This document shows, in pieces, positions 1 through 14,245 of a stretch of DNA of 64,000 nucleotides; position 1 is the first letter of the stretch, and every line of letters starts with the position of its first letter. This DNA is from Macrostomum lignano (Eukaryota). The notes under the pieces were generated by a model, which had not been told where the DNA came from, made no database searches, and saw nothing but the letters and a program-made list of their open reading frames with translations. Location of the stretch: assembly GCA_002269645.1 (NCBI GenBank), contig NIVC01001755.1, positions 1 through 64,000 of the forward strand, read 5' to 3'. A program made the position numbers and the translations under genes.

Positions 1-68
1 GGAGTCAACTGAGGGATCTGGAAGGGGGTCAACTGACCTATTCGAGTCAGATAGCTGCTCAAAGAAAT

Positions 69-1706
<1,638 letters not shown>

Positions 1707-2710
1707 TTCTTTCGGTTATTTTATCACGGATTTTGTGCGTCTAATGAGACTTGAAGCTTTCAGCAGACAGAATTGAAACTGGAGCCAGCAGCTTCAGAAA
1801 CCTGCTCTCTCTTACAAGCCAAAAATGCGGTACCCAGAACTAACGGATGACAAGAGCCAGGGGCACAAACGAAGTTGAGGATGCAAATTGGAAGGCTTGA
1901 GACACTCAAGCTGTAACTTGTTTGCAGCAACAGAATGGTTAATGCTTAAATCAGTCCATTCTGCTTGGAATGGGAGAATGGGTAAGATGGGAAATTTTAA
2001 TTTTAAGAGAAGGAGGAGTTGACAAACCTTGGCTATACTGCATTAACCTTTCATAGCCACTAACAAGCTGCAGGAAGACATTCTGGAGATACGGTTGGCG
2101 GTTGCCTCTGTAAACTCAGGAATCCGGCACTAACCAATGCGCTGCGCCTGTAAAAAGTACAAATGCAAAGACTTCCCAGTACAGGAATATTGCAAAGGTA
2201 AGCAAAGGTAAAGCAATTTCTTGTTCTTTTTTTCACGTCTTCCACTGCCTTATGCAGAGTTAAATTGACATCTTTTTTATCTCATTTATTTTCAGATAGT
2301 TGAATGAAAAATACGCAAACGAAACATTTATTTCTACTTAGGGAGTAGACAAATCGAAATAGTTGTTCCATAATTTTCAACACCTTTCAAGTCAATCGTG
2401 GTAAATGGGTTTTTGGAAATGCCCCGTACCCCACACCGCCCCACATATTTGGTGTACATTCAATGCTTCTATTTTAAGCTAAGCTTTTTAGCCAAGGAAT
2501 TTTCTAGAAACTTCCATAGCTTGGTCATATGAATTAAATCGTGTGTGACAGCCCATGGAAATCACAGTTCACAGAGTGTAAATGACGCTATTTGTCAGTA
2601 ATGCCTTAAAATAGAATAAAAAGTGTTGGATGCTGAGTAATGTATGTACTTTTACAGAAAACAGAAGGTTAAAATTATCAGAAAAACATCTCAATAAAAA
2701 GAGGAATGCT

Positions 2711-5371
2711 TTAACAAACGTAAGCTCTGATGGAGGCCAAAATAGTCTCATTGCACCCTGGGCAGCGGCTGTGGTTTCGGCAGCATCCTTCGCACAGCAG
2801 AAAGTGAGCACAGGGCAGGGTTACCCTGTCCCTGATCCGGCTTCTGCACTGCAAGCACCGGTCATCGGGCACGTCTCGGCTGTCTTGCTGCTGCAGTTGT
2901 TGTTGCTGCTGTTGCTGCTGCTGCTGCTGCGGTTCCATTGATGCTGCTGTTGTCGTCGGAGCGAACGATGGTGGATTGCTGGCCGGTCCAGCAGTTCTCG
3001 ACTCTTCCCTATTAAGAGATAATTGCAGCAATTCTCTGAAGAAGTCAATTAGGGAGTGACATAAAAATAGTTAGTTTTTAGAGTCTCCTACACTGCAAGC
3101 GATGAATACGCATTCGCCGAGGAGAGTTGCTAGCACCCTGACGCAACGCCTTCAACGATACTGTTACGTAGCAAGCACACAATCATACACATGCTCACAC
3201 GGGGTGTACAGCGGCCCTGACTTTCTAATCGTGTCAGGCATCGCCCCTGACTAAGCCATTTAACCCTGATGCTCTTTTCAAAAAAGATTTCATGACAGAT
3301 GGAAATAACAAGTCGAAATATCCCGAGCTTTTGTGAAGACAAAAGACATATTATATGTAAGACGTCTTACCTGACGTTAACTTGCTCCATCAAGGTGGCC
3401 GAGTCCTCAAACTCTTCCTCGCCGCTGTGCACCAGCTGAATGGCATCGCCAGGCCTGTTCACCGCCGCGCCCTGGTGCCGCATAAAGTATCGCGCGGCGC
3501 AGAAGTCCAACTTTTGCTGCTGGATGCCGAAGCTGGCGGCCCGAGACAGCACGGGACTGTCCAGCACCTGGCCGAGTCGGGTCAGAGATCGCTGCAGTTT
3601 GGACAGCTCGCCAGCATCCAGCGCGCTGCGGCGTGTCTGCGGCGTCAGAACGAGTCTGTGAGCCAGTCGCTGCAGGTAGCAACCCGGACTGGCCTGTCGG
3701 TGTCGCGACCAGCTATCAGCCTCAGCCAAACTGCTACTGCCAGGACATGCGGCACCGCAGTGAAAACAGACGATCTTTCCACTCCCCGAGACCTCAGCAA
3801 CCATCCAGTCGGGTGTTCCACTCGGCAGACGCTGGTTTTGGCGAGCAGTGGTACTGGTGAAGCTGGGTTTCACCGAAGAGGTCAGAATGAGAATGGCGCC
3901 GGCTATAAGAAATTAAGACATATTTTGCATTAGTTTTGGTAAACAAAATTTAAATGTAGCTGAAAGAAAGAGAAGAACTTTTAATTCCTTAGAAGGTCAT
4001 CACACAGTTTTAACAAACTTATGAGTACATTTCACTGACTTGGATTTCGCACTGACCAGACAATTTCAGAATAGATTCAGAATCTTACTTTAACTATAAA
4101 ATTCAAAGTGTTTTACACTCTAACTTGATTTATGAACTTTTGATTTTATAGAAACATGATTTTTATGTTTCAATCTTTCACAGGTGCGTACGTCGAACAC
4201 TATTCAGTATAGGTGAGCAATGCCAGGCAAATCAATCCTCAGACCATGGGCTCGGAACCTTGCAAGGGGTAAAAATTCAAAAGGGATCTTAAACATTGAG
4301 AGTGTCGAGTTTTTCTGGTTAAGCTGTTAAAAGCCTCATCGTAATCCAGTGGTGTAACAGCACAGTGACACAACTGACTAGAAGTGACACAGTCTAACAG
4401 CGCACAGTGACACAACTGACTAGAAGTGACACAGTCTAACAGTACACAGTGACACAACTGACTAGAAGTGACACAGTCTAACAGCGCACAGTGACACAAC
4501 TGACTAGAAGTGACACAGTCTAACAGCACACAGTGACACAACTGACTAGAAGTGACACAGTCTAACAGTACACAATGACACAACTGACTAGAAGTGACAC
4601 AGTCTAACAGTACACAATGACACAACTGACTAGAAGTGACACAGTCTAACAGCGCACAGTGACACAACTGACTAGAAGTGACACAGTCTAACAGTACACA
4701 ATGACACAACTGACTAGAACTGACCCAGTCTAACAGCGCACAGTGACACAACTGATTAGAAGTGACAGTCTAACAGCGCACAGTGACACAACTGACTAGA
4801 AGTGACCCAGTCTAACAGCGCACAGTGACACAACTGACTAGAAGTGACACAGTCTAACAGTACACAGTGACACAACTGACTAGAAGTGACACAGTCTAAC
4901 AGTACACAGTGACACAACTGACTAGAAGTGACACAGTCTAACAGCGCACAGTGACACAACTGATTAGAAGTGACACAGTCTAACAGTACACAGTGACACA
5001 ACTGATTAGAAGTGACCCAGTCTAACAGCGCACAGTGACACAACTGATTAGAAGTGACCCAGTCTAACAGCGCACAGTGACACAACTGATTAGAAGTGAC
5101 CCAGTCTAACAGCGCACAGTGACACAACTGATTAGAAGTGACCCAGTCTAACAGCGCACAGTGACACAACTGACTAGAACTGACGCATGCAGTGCCATTT
5201 ATACAATTAGCTACATGTACGTTATATAATTGACTCACCTCCAACGAACAGGGACTCGCTGGCGTCATCAGCCAGCAGTGCTTCAGCCGCCTTATCCGCA
5301 ATTTGTCGCGGTAAAAAGCTGGCCAAAATCCCAACCAGTCGGCTTTGTAAGTTTTGTTGCTGCCGTTGCAT
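2711..5371 (-). CDS. Inhibitor-of-apoptosis-like protein: degenerate BIR + UBA-like + polyQ + C-terminal RING, about 320-330 aa
   Basis: Exons 5371-5239 (phase 1), 3902-3371 (phase 2), 3035 (or 3008)-2711; phases match. BIR-like CFHC-x18-H-x6-C. UBA-like SPVLSRAASFGIQQQKL..GDAIQLV. IAP-type RING CLQC..LPCAHFLLCEGC..CPGC..IRAYVC*. Exon 1 is assigned from donor sequence and phase only. Confidence 0.82.
4362..5185. repeat. 42-bp minisatellite, about 19 copies, in IAP intron 1
   Basis: Unit ACAGCGCACAGTGACACAACTGACTAGAAGTGACACAGTCTA; 14-aa periodic ORFs. Confidence 0.96.
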
Positions 5372-8300
5372 TCTTGCTGAAATGCCATGTGACTGTGTTG
5401 TCAGGGATTTTAGAGGCGCTTTGGCGTGTTCAACTTTGGTTTGCAAATTGCAATAAACAACTTGAGGGGGTTCCAGCTCCAGGTTTGGAGTATTTTTATA
5501 TTTTCTTCTAGCTATGTAAAAGCCCGTCATTTTGCTAAAAATAGCTCGTACGCTCGTACTTGGCAATAGAATGACAAAGTTTCTATTTTTAGAAATAATC
5601 CACTCTGTGCTTTCTATAGAGCCAATTTTAAATGAAGGAGAATCCTGCACTTGCAGGTTTTACTGCGCGTCTCACGTTACTATGCAATTGTTATACCTTT
5701 CATCGACTCGTTTTTCTGGCCTTTTAACACTAAAAACAAGCGAGTTATTACGTATACTCGTATAGGCAAAGTTAATTTGTATGACTGTTTTGCCTTGGTT
5801 GCATTTGAGCGATTTCGGGAGGTGTTGGAGTCAACCGCCTCACTCGTCTCGCGAAGTTTGATCTGTAATGAGACAGGGGGGCTCGCTGCTGTTTTTGTAT
5901 TAGCTGCCGCACTTTAAGGCTTTTTTAGTTCATTGCCTCAGCCACTTTTCTTGTGTCTTTGTATTTGCCTCGCCTAAGTCATGCTTTCGAATGGCCCTCT
6001 CTACTGCCGAGTTTCCCCACCCTATAATACTGTCATGGTTTGCAGCGGTTGGGGGGTATTTAATTCATTGACTCCTGCAAGCTGTCCAAATTTATTGTGC
6101 AACAAAGTGAATGTGAAATTACCTTGGAGCTGAGTTGGACTGTTCCGATCAAAGGTTTTAGAAGGCCGAACTATCAGTAGATTGTCTAGTGTGCATATCT
6201 TAAGTTATAAACAATGGCAGAAAAGCATACTAAACGAGTGCATTGCATTTGTACCAGCATATATATCATTATTCCATAAATTGTGGCATCATTTGACACT
6301 TTCACGTCAATGCAATTGCGGAGGGATATGGATTGGTACATCACATGTAAAAGTGGCAAATCAGTCACATGATGAAGTGCGTACATGGGATGGATAACCT
6401 TTTTGTTTAAGTCCTTTCCCTCTTCTTAGGAGCTTTCTGTATGAGCTTCTATTAATGTAGGTGTAGCGATGATTGCAAACTGCGGCTTTCAATTCTATAC
6501 TAGAATTTCAACGGTCTCAAGCGAGTCTGAGCCGCTTTCGATAGTCAAGCCAAATCAACGACTTAACAAACGGAATATATTTTTATTTATTATATTTATT
6601 TTATTTATTTTATTTATTTATTTTTATTTAAATATTTTCAACGGAGTCTTCACGGAGCTCCATAGCAAAACTTAACTAAACTAAACTAAACTTAAAGAGC
6701 AGATTTCTTTTATTATTACCCCTTCTCAACAGTACGTATTTGGTATGCTCTGAGTGTTCTGCCTTAGAAAGTCCTGCCAAAAGCTCAAGTTTTGAAACTT
6801 AGAAGCAAACTATGGCTCTTAGTGGGAATTTAACGTAGTGGGCATACGTTTCTCTTCATTCCTTAACCTCTATTCCTAATCGTATTTTCATTCTCTTCCG
6901 ATTTATGGGTGTACATGTAGCTCGGGCCTTCCACATCTCCGTCAAAGCTGTCCCACCGCTCCGGATTCAGCCGTCCATTGCACTATTGTCTCTTCTCTTC
7001 GCTTCTTCGAGCGGATATGTTTTCCTTAAGTTGATCTTAACCTCTTTAAATTGCTTTTAGCTACTCGCAGATTTCTAAATCCTATGGGGTAAATGTACAT
7101 TCATTGAGTAAATATATACATTGTAGAAAGCAACAGCGTACTAATATGATTTCCGTTATTGTGTCTGGGTGAAAGTATGTATATTTTACAATGCTATCTG
7201 TTCTGATTAGGAAAAACTACTCATATATTAAGAAGGACAGAAACTTTCAAAACAGGCATTGCATTTCGAAGAAAACAATAACCAGGCGTCATGTGCAGAG
7301 GAACCATAGGAAACAATGACCGTAGACAGTGCTTAGTGCTTATTGCGGAGCAAAATTAACTTGTAATTTCCAAGTTAATTTCACCAGAGTTCATCCGGCA
7401 TGCATAAAATCCAATGCCACCACAAGGACAACTAAAGCAACGTATATTCAGGACGCGACACTTGAAATCTATGGGAAATGTTTTGAGGGCCACTTTTCGC
7501 CGAAAAATATACTACGGAGATAGGAAATTTTCAGCACAAAAACTGTTATTGTTTTCGATAGGAGGTAGCTAACCGGTGTTCATCTTTTGATATACTGTGC
7601 CTTTCTGATTCGTTCAGAAAATAAGGATTCTATATGTGAATTTCTTATTCTATGTACAATTACACATGTCCTGTGCCAAAAATCATTGAAATGGCACGAC
7701 TCAGCTCATTGGTTTTATAAATCTATTTTTGTCATTCTTAGCAGACTGTGAACAATATGTATGACAGAGATGATACAATAGATTCATAAAACCAAAGCTT
7801 CGAACTTTGCCATGCATTTTTATAACTTTTTAGGTACAGGAAGTGTACGTAGAATTATAAATTAACATAAATCCTAATTTTCTGAACAAAAAACTTAAAA
7901 AATATCAATAGAGCTATAAAAAAGGAACAACATATTAAAAGATAAACACTGGGTCCGCCTCCTATCAAAAATATTTTTGTGCTATAAAAATGAAAACTTC
8001 GAATCTCCGTAGTGTATTTTTCAGCGAAAAGTGGCCTTCAAAACATTTTCCATAGATTTCGAGTGTCGCGTCGTTCTACGAGTACTTTAGTAGTTCTTTT
8101 GCCGATAATTAAATCAGAGATGCAATGGTGATGGATGGCTGGAGTAGCAGCTGCTCCGCCCGTGGAGACCCTGGCAACTCCTCCTGCGGTGGCCACGCAG
8201 GCGACCCAGACGGTGTTGCAGCCCAGATACGGACAGCACAGCAGTGGTGGCAAAGCTGGTTGCTGAATTAGCAGAGCCAATGGTTATTGTTATCGCAATC

Positions 8301-8939
8301 GACAGGGAGTTAATGTTTGTACTTCATCCTGTATTTTAACTCACCCATAGTGTATGAATTAAGCAATTCTGATGGGAGTTGGAGCTAAAATTGGCTTGGA
8401 AATTTAGAGAAGGCTTTGGCGTGTGGGAAGAGTAGAAAAGAGAGACGCATATTTTATAGTACTGCTGCAGACCTCTGTACCAGCTTCTAGCTTTTAAATG
8501 TATAGAAAGTTTTTTACCTACTACCGCCAACCACTGTGAGCTTTGGCTTAAGACGCACTACATAGAATCGTATTATGTACCGTTATCTGAAAAAAACAAA
8601 GTGTCCAAGACTCTGATTTCTTTAAAAATAGCCAAATTGAAAACCGAAAATGAAAACGAAGAACCTAAAATCGTAAACGAAGAACGAAAACGAAAAACGA
8701 AGAACGAAAACGAAAACTTCAAACAGGGATGACCCGGTACCGTGTACCTGATTGTGAGTTTAATAGCAGTTTTTTTAAGAGAAACTTTGGTTTAGAGTCC
8801 CACCGGTAGCTTTTCCTATCCGTACGCGTACTTCGCACTCAGCAACTGACAAACCGCCACTTTAGTCTAAAGCACTGTTTTCTGTTTCTGAAAGTTTTTT
8901 TTGTTACCCAAACCCAAACAAGATCTACAACCCGCTTAA

Positions 8940-9850
8940 ACCGAATAGCGAAGCGTTTGATCCAGCACACGGAGCAGCCAGCTGTTCCTGTGCCATTTGA
9001 CGAGGCCTCGCAGCGGATCTGCATCGTTGACGCATCGAATGAGCTGCTGCGCTACACGTACCCGGCCCCACCGGCATCCTTTTGGGTGGCGCCGAAAGTT
9101 GGCATGGATAACCTGTCGCAGGCCACTGCTCATGTAGCCTGTTTCATCCACGACCTCATCGTCACCGGTAGAAGCGAGAACTACCTGTGCTTACTGAAAC
9201 TGGTCCTTACAGCGCCTGAAACAGAGCGGCCTGAAGTGTGCGGGCGGAACAAGCGCAGCTCTATGCAGGAGAGCGTGAGCTGCCTGGAATACTGCATTGA
9301 TGCTGCTGGCCTGCGAGCCATTGTGGACGCTCTCGCCCCCGGATAATAATGCTGCATGAGTCGAAGCCAATTCCTGTCATGACTACCAGAAGAATCTAGC
9401 AGTGGGCACTGATTTTGGCCGGATTAGTTGGACAAAGGTGCCGTGACTGCTAGGCATATCCGGGCTTGGTCGAGGACGGGATCCCTTGCCGTCCAATGTC
9501 CTGTGTTTTCTGAGTCTGGTCAGTGGCAGGCGAGACCGCCACCAAATCTGCAGCCGTACAGGTTACGCACGCAACAGCTGAGAGCGGAAGACGCAGGGGC
9601 TGTTTCTTCTGGTAGCCCGGACTGGATGCAGAAATTAAGCAGCTCCTCATCGTTTGCCCCGACTGCCAGGAGCTGCAGAAGTCGCCAGCACCCGTCGCAC
9701 TGCATCCTTGGGCTAGGCCAGACAGACCATGGTCCCGCCTTCACATCGACTTTGTCGATGCTGTGAAAGGGAAGATGCGACTAGTCATTGTGGATGAGCG
9801 CTCAAAGTGAATGGATGTCCACGCGATAACTACGGCATAACTACCGCAGC
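8940..9850 (+). mobile_element. Decayed, internally deleted Ty3/gypsy LTR-retrotransposon pol remnant
   Basis: RT-like ACFIHDLIVTGRSE..SVSCLEYCIDAAGL; linker VTARHIRAWSR..NLQPY; zinc-finger remnant ARSCRS; integrase start PWSRLHIDFVDAVKGKMRLVIVDERSK*MDV. Stops and frameshifts present; no LTRs found. Confidence 0.75.
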
Positions 9851-10879
9851 CGGTGGTGTAGTACGCAAGCCGATTAGGTACGCAAGCCGGCGGTGCCAGA
9901 GAGGCTGCTCTACAAGTGACTGGTTTGACAATGTTCTATTGACAATTAGAATGATCTTTCCGTGGTCGTGACCTTAGTTGAAGGGATATATATGATTGGT
10001 GTACAGTAAGAATTGCCTTGTGTAAGTGAGGCTGGGAGGAGTTCGGGACAATTTTGGTAGGTTTTTCATGATGCGTCATCTCGTTCATTCTCTCCTTTCA
10101 GTTTCTTTTCTCCCTGCTCGTGCAGGAGGGACGTCTCAATCACCATTTGGTAGCTGGCTTTTTGGAGACACTTTCTATGATTGGGAGCATCTTTTTATCT
10201 TATGAGCAGCAGTCAGTGTCTATGGCCCTAAACCCTGGGTTTTTGGGGCTTCAAAGACGGCCGCTGAATGCACTAGCGAATGCTGGACCACAGATACTAC
10301 GATTAAATACCCTAGATTATTCATTTAACTTATGTTTAACAAAACTACTCTCTGTTCAGTAGTATGAGTGTAAAAAAGCATCATTAACTTGGCCAAGCTT
10401 GGCCATAGATAAAATAATTAAAAGCGGCAAATTTGCTCGCGTTTGACCAAAAGCAGCTAGCCATCATTTGACAAGAATTAAAGCAAATATACGTTTATGC
10501 TACTGGACACAGAGTAGCAAGTCAAATTGACACATACAAAATAGGGTTGAGTAAACCATATTGAGTGTTCAGAATCTGTAGCTCGTATTTAGGTCTTGAA
10601 ACACAATAAACAAATATAGACTAAAGTGGGATTGTCCCTAATTAATCTGAGATATCTTGACCGAATAAATTTTACTCAACCGAAATTTACGGAAATATAT
10701 TTTTTGAAAAGAGATGAAAATGGCATATACTACTACAAGCATTACACCAAGTATGCAGAGCAATAAAAAATCTTTAAAATATTCCGTCGCATTATTATTG
10801 GGCAAAATAAGAGAAAAAACTAGGGATTGTCTTTTCAATTTGCAAAAAAATTTAAACAAAGGACAAACATAGCGTACGA

Positions 10880-11050
10880 CTAATGACTAACTTCCCTAAA
10901 ACTCAGACTAAAGACTAAAACTAATGACCTACATGTAAGACGGAACTAAGAACGAATGACTATAATCAAGGACCTAAGACTAAAGCTAAGGACCTAAGAC
11001 TAAAACTAAAGACCTAAAACTAAAACTAAGGACTAAGACTAAGGACACAC
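10880..11050. repeat. Degenerate (ACTAAR) short-period repeat downstream of the Islet-like gene
   Basis: Repeated gactaa/aactaa/gacctaa units. Confidence 0.7.
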
Positions 11051-11155
11051 AGTAAGCACAATATAAGATACTTCAGTCCAATTTTAAAAACTGTTTTGCA
11101 ACTTCAATCAGATCCCGCGGTTGCCTTCCCAGCTCCATCCTCAGCCTCAGTTTGC

Positions 11156-12209
11156 CTAATGTTGACCGGACTCATCAGCCGCGATGGGGAGCCTCAGCTT
11201 GCGCTTCTTCTCCTTGCAGCGCCGGTTCTGGAACCAGACTCGAACCACCCGGAGGGGCAGACCGGACAGCTCGGCCAGACGAACTTTGGTCAAAGTGTCC
11301 GGCCTCGAGCATTGCGAGTAGGCGTTGAGCAGCATCTGCTGCTGACTAAAAGTTAGAGTGGTACGAGGTCGTCTTGCGATCGGGCCAACAGTTGAGAATA
11401 GTAGCGTCGGGTTGCTATGGAAACCTGGCACATTTTGGTTTGACTGGTTTCCATGACAACCCATAACGTCTTGGGTTGGCTGCTTGCTATGCCAACCATT
11501 GTCGCCTCGGACTGCCGCGTCACCAACGTGAGCGCCATCGGTTTGGTTGCTAGGGTAGTCCTGATCCTGCGATATGTCCTCGTATTGGGCTATGTGCAGC
11601 GGCTGCTCCACCGGGCTACTTGTTGTATCCTGGTTGCCATGGTAACCCGGGCCAAATAGATCGCTTGGCCCCCGGTTGTCTAAATCTGAAATTAGTGCAT
11701 AAGATGTGTTTTGAATACTCGTAAACTCGTTACCAAGGCAACGGGGTTGGCTCGCTCACCAATAGTCTCCTCGCTGTCGACTCCATCATCGGCGGCCACT
11801 ACTGGGTGGTCGGCGGCGCTGATCTGGTCGGCGGAGGCCCCGCAGGTCAGGGCGAAGTGGGCGAGGCAGAGCGGGCCGCGGCCGCAGGACAGGCCGAACA
11901 GCTCGCCAGTCTGCAGCCTGCGGTTGCAGTCGCCGCAGCGGAGACAATCGGCGTGGAAGATAAGGTCGCGAGCTCGAATCACATAGTCGTTACGGTGGAT
12001 CACCAGGTTACAGGCGTGGCACCGAGGAGAGAAAAGACTGGAGTGGGTTGGGGAAGCGGTTTGATTAGATCAATTAATCAATCAATAAACCAACCAACCA
12101 ACCAACCAACCAGCCAATCAATCAATCAATCAATCAGTCAATCAATCAGTCCATCAATCAATCAATCAATCAGTCAATCAATCAGTCAATCAATCAGTCA
12201 ATCAATCAG

Positions 12210-12260
<51 letters not shown>

Positions 12261-12382
12261 GTCAATCAATCAGTCAATCAATCAGTCAATCAATCAATCA
12301 ATCAACCAATCAATTAATCAACAAATCAATCAATCAATTGATCAATAAATGAATCAATCAACTAACCAACCAACCAACCAAC

Positions 12383-12421
<39 letters not shown>

Positions 12422-13349
12422 CTAACCAACCAACCAACCAACCAACCAACCAACCAACCAACCAACCAACCAACCAACCAACCAACCAACCAACCAACCA
12501 ACCAACCAACCAACCAACCAACCAACCAACCAATCAGTCAATCAATTAATCAATCAATCAATAAAACCAATATACAAACAATCAATCAATAAATTAATAA
12601 ACCAATCAACGAATAATACAATCAATCAACGAAAAAACAAACGATCAATTAAACAATTAATCTTTAAATCTATTAATTAAACAGTCAAACAATTGATCAC
12701 TCTATCAATCCATCCATATTTATACACCTACTTATTACTTATCTCGTATTAATAAATAATAAGTATCTAAACTGGAGCTGTGATTCCCCAGCTGCTCACC
12801 TTCGGCAATGTCGGCTGCAGAAGTTCATTTCATTCCTTGAGTGGCAGACCCGTAACTTGGCCAGCTCCTTGCCGCAGGCGCAGCACAGCAGGCAGCCGCG
12901 GTGCCAGCACTGCTGGCCGGGACTCAGCTCAATAAGAAACTGATCGAGAATGGCGAAGCCGCAGCCGGAGCAAACGGGTGGCTGCTGCGGTGTGACCGGG
13001 GACGGTCCGGCGGCTGGGAGACAATTTTGAGGATTGGCGTTGATGAAGAGGCGGGGGTTAAAGGTGGCGCCACCCATCAAATGAAATGGCGCCACCATTT
13101 GAAAGAATAGCGTCAACTCTTAAATAAAATGGCGCCAACTCTAAAATAAAATGGCGCCAACTCTAAAATAAAATGGCGCCAACTCTAAAATAAAATGGCG
13201 CCAACCCTCAAATGAAAAGGCGCCAACTCTCAAATGAAAAGGCGCCAACCCTCAAATGAAAAGGCGCTACCCCTCAAATGAAATGGCGCCAACCCTCAAA
13301 AAAATGAAATTATAATTGGCTTACCTTCATTCATTGGCGCCATTGTCAT
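11156..13349 (-). CDS. islet: Islet-class LIM-homeodomain transcription factor (2 LIM + HD), divergent, about 368-383 aa
   Basis: Exons 13349-13325 (tentative micro-exon; otherwise ATG at 13098), 13118-12800, 12037-11760, 11685-11156, all in phase. LIM1 [18 protein letters not shown]; LIM2 [15 protein letters not shown]; [43 protein letters not shown]. DQxxxxxSP, NDxVxRAR, RPD and RVWFQNxRCK are Islet-type signatures. Confidence 0.9.
11411..11646. promoter_or_regulatory. Cluster of RFX X-box-like 14-bp palindromes inside coding exon
   Basis: GTTGCTATGGAAAC 11411-11424, GTTTCCATGACAAC 11447-11460 and GTTGCCATGGTAAC 11633-11646 fit GTHNYY-AT-RRNAAC. Degenerate copies at 11483 and 11546. Function untested. 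Confidence 0.5.
12062..12660. repeat. Compound (AATC)n/(AACC)n microsatellite in Islet-like intron
   Basis: Direct reading. Confidence 0.96.
13064..13300. repeat. 23-bp tandem repeat (AAATGGCGCCAACTCTAAAATAA), about 10 copies, overlapping the 5' end of the Islet-like CDS
   Basis: GGCGCC recurs every 22-23 nt. Confidence 0.9.
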
Positions 13350-13659
13350 TGATCGAGTATTGAAGCTATTCGACATTTCTTGGGACCGAAATGAAAGTCA
13401 GAATTTGTGCAACTTTTAAACACAGAAGTGTCTTGCGTTTTGGTTTAAAAATGAAAAAGGGTTCTTTTAATTATTTTTTTGGCTTGCAGGTTATTACAAT
13501 GGTTCTGTTGGTTGGGGTTGCTGTAACCTGCGGCAGCCAATGATAGGAAGGGTTAGCCTGAAGCTGCAGGTCTCTACGAGAAGGTGAAAATGTGTGAAAA
13601 GTTTGAGCCGCATGTTTTTATGCTTACTTTTTAGCCCTATTAAAGATGGCAATCGAGTA

Positions 13660-14245
13660 GGGATTTGAGCTGGGATTTGAGCAGAAGTTTGAGCAAATAT
13701 TTGAGCAGTGATTTGAGCAGAAATTTGAGCAAAAGTTCGAGCAGGGATTTGAGCAGAAATTTGAGCAAAAGTTCGAGCAGGGATTTGAGCAGGGATTTGA
13801 GCAGGGATTTAAGCAGAGATTTGAGCAGAAGTTTGAGCAAATATTTGAGCAGGGATTTGAGCAGGGATTTGAGCAGGGATTTGAGCAGGGATTTGAGCAG
13901 GGATTTGAGCAGGGATTTGAGCAGGGATTTGAGCAGGGATTTGAGCAGGGATTTGAGCAGGGATTTGAGCAGGGATTTGAGCAGGGATTTGAGCAGGGAT
14001 TTGAGCAGGGATTTGAGCAGGGATTTGAGCAAAAGTTCGAGCAGGGATTTATGCAGGGATTTGAGCAGGGATTTGAGCAGAAGTTTGAGCAAATATTTAA
14101 GCAGGGATTTGAGCAGGGATTTGAGCAAGAAATTGAGCAAATATTTGAGCAGGGATTTATGCAGGGATTTATGCAGGGATTTATGCAGGGATTTATGCTG
14201 GAATTTGAGCATAGATTTGAGCAGAGATTTGAGCGGGGATTTGAG
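13660..14245. repeat. 12-bp minisatellite (GAGCAGGGATTT)n
   Basis: Direct reading; SRDL/LLKS periodic ORFs. Confidence 0.96.

Noticed and set aside
3382-3933. Antisense ORFs over IAP, Islet, GT32, LINE and MFS
   Set aside because: Shadow ORFs of GC-rich coding sequence on the other strand
8100-8280. GC-rich short ORF-like patch, possibly part of the gypsy element
   Set aside because: No diagnostic motif; separated from pol by 650 bp of unrelated DNA
11670-11676. Apparent frameshift at the start of Islet exon 11685
   Set aside because: Recount shows a 5-C run; the exon is in frame
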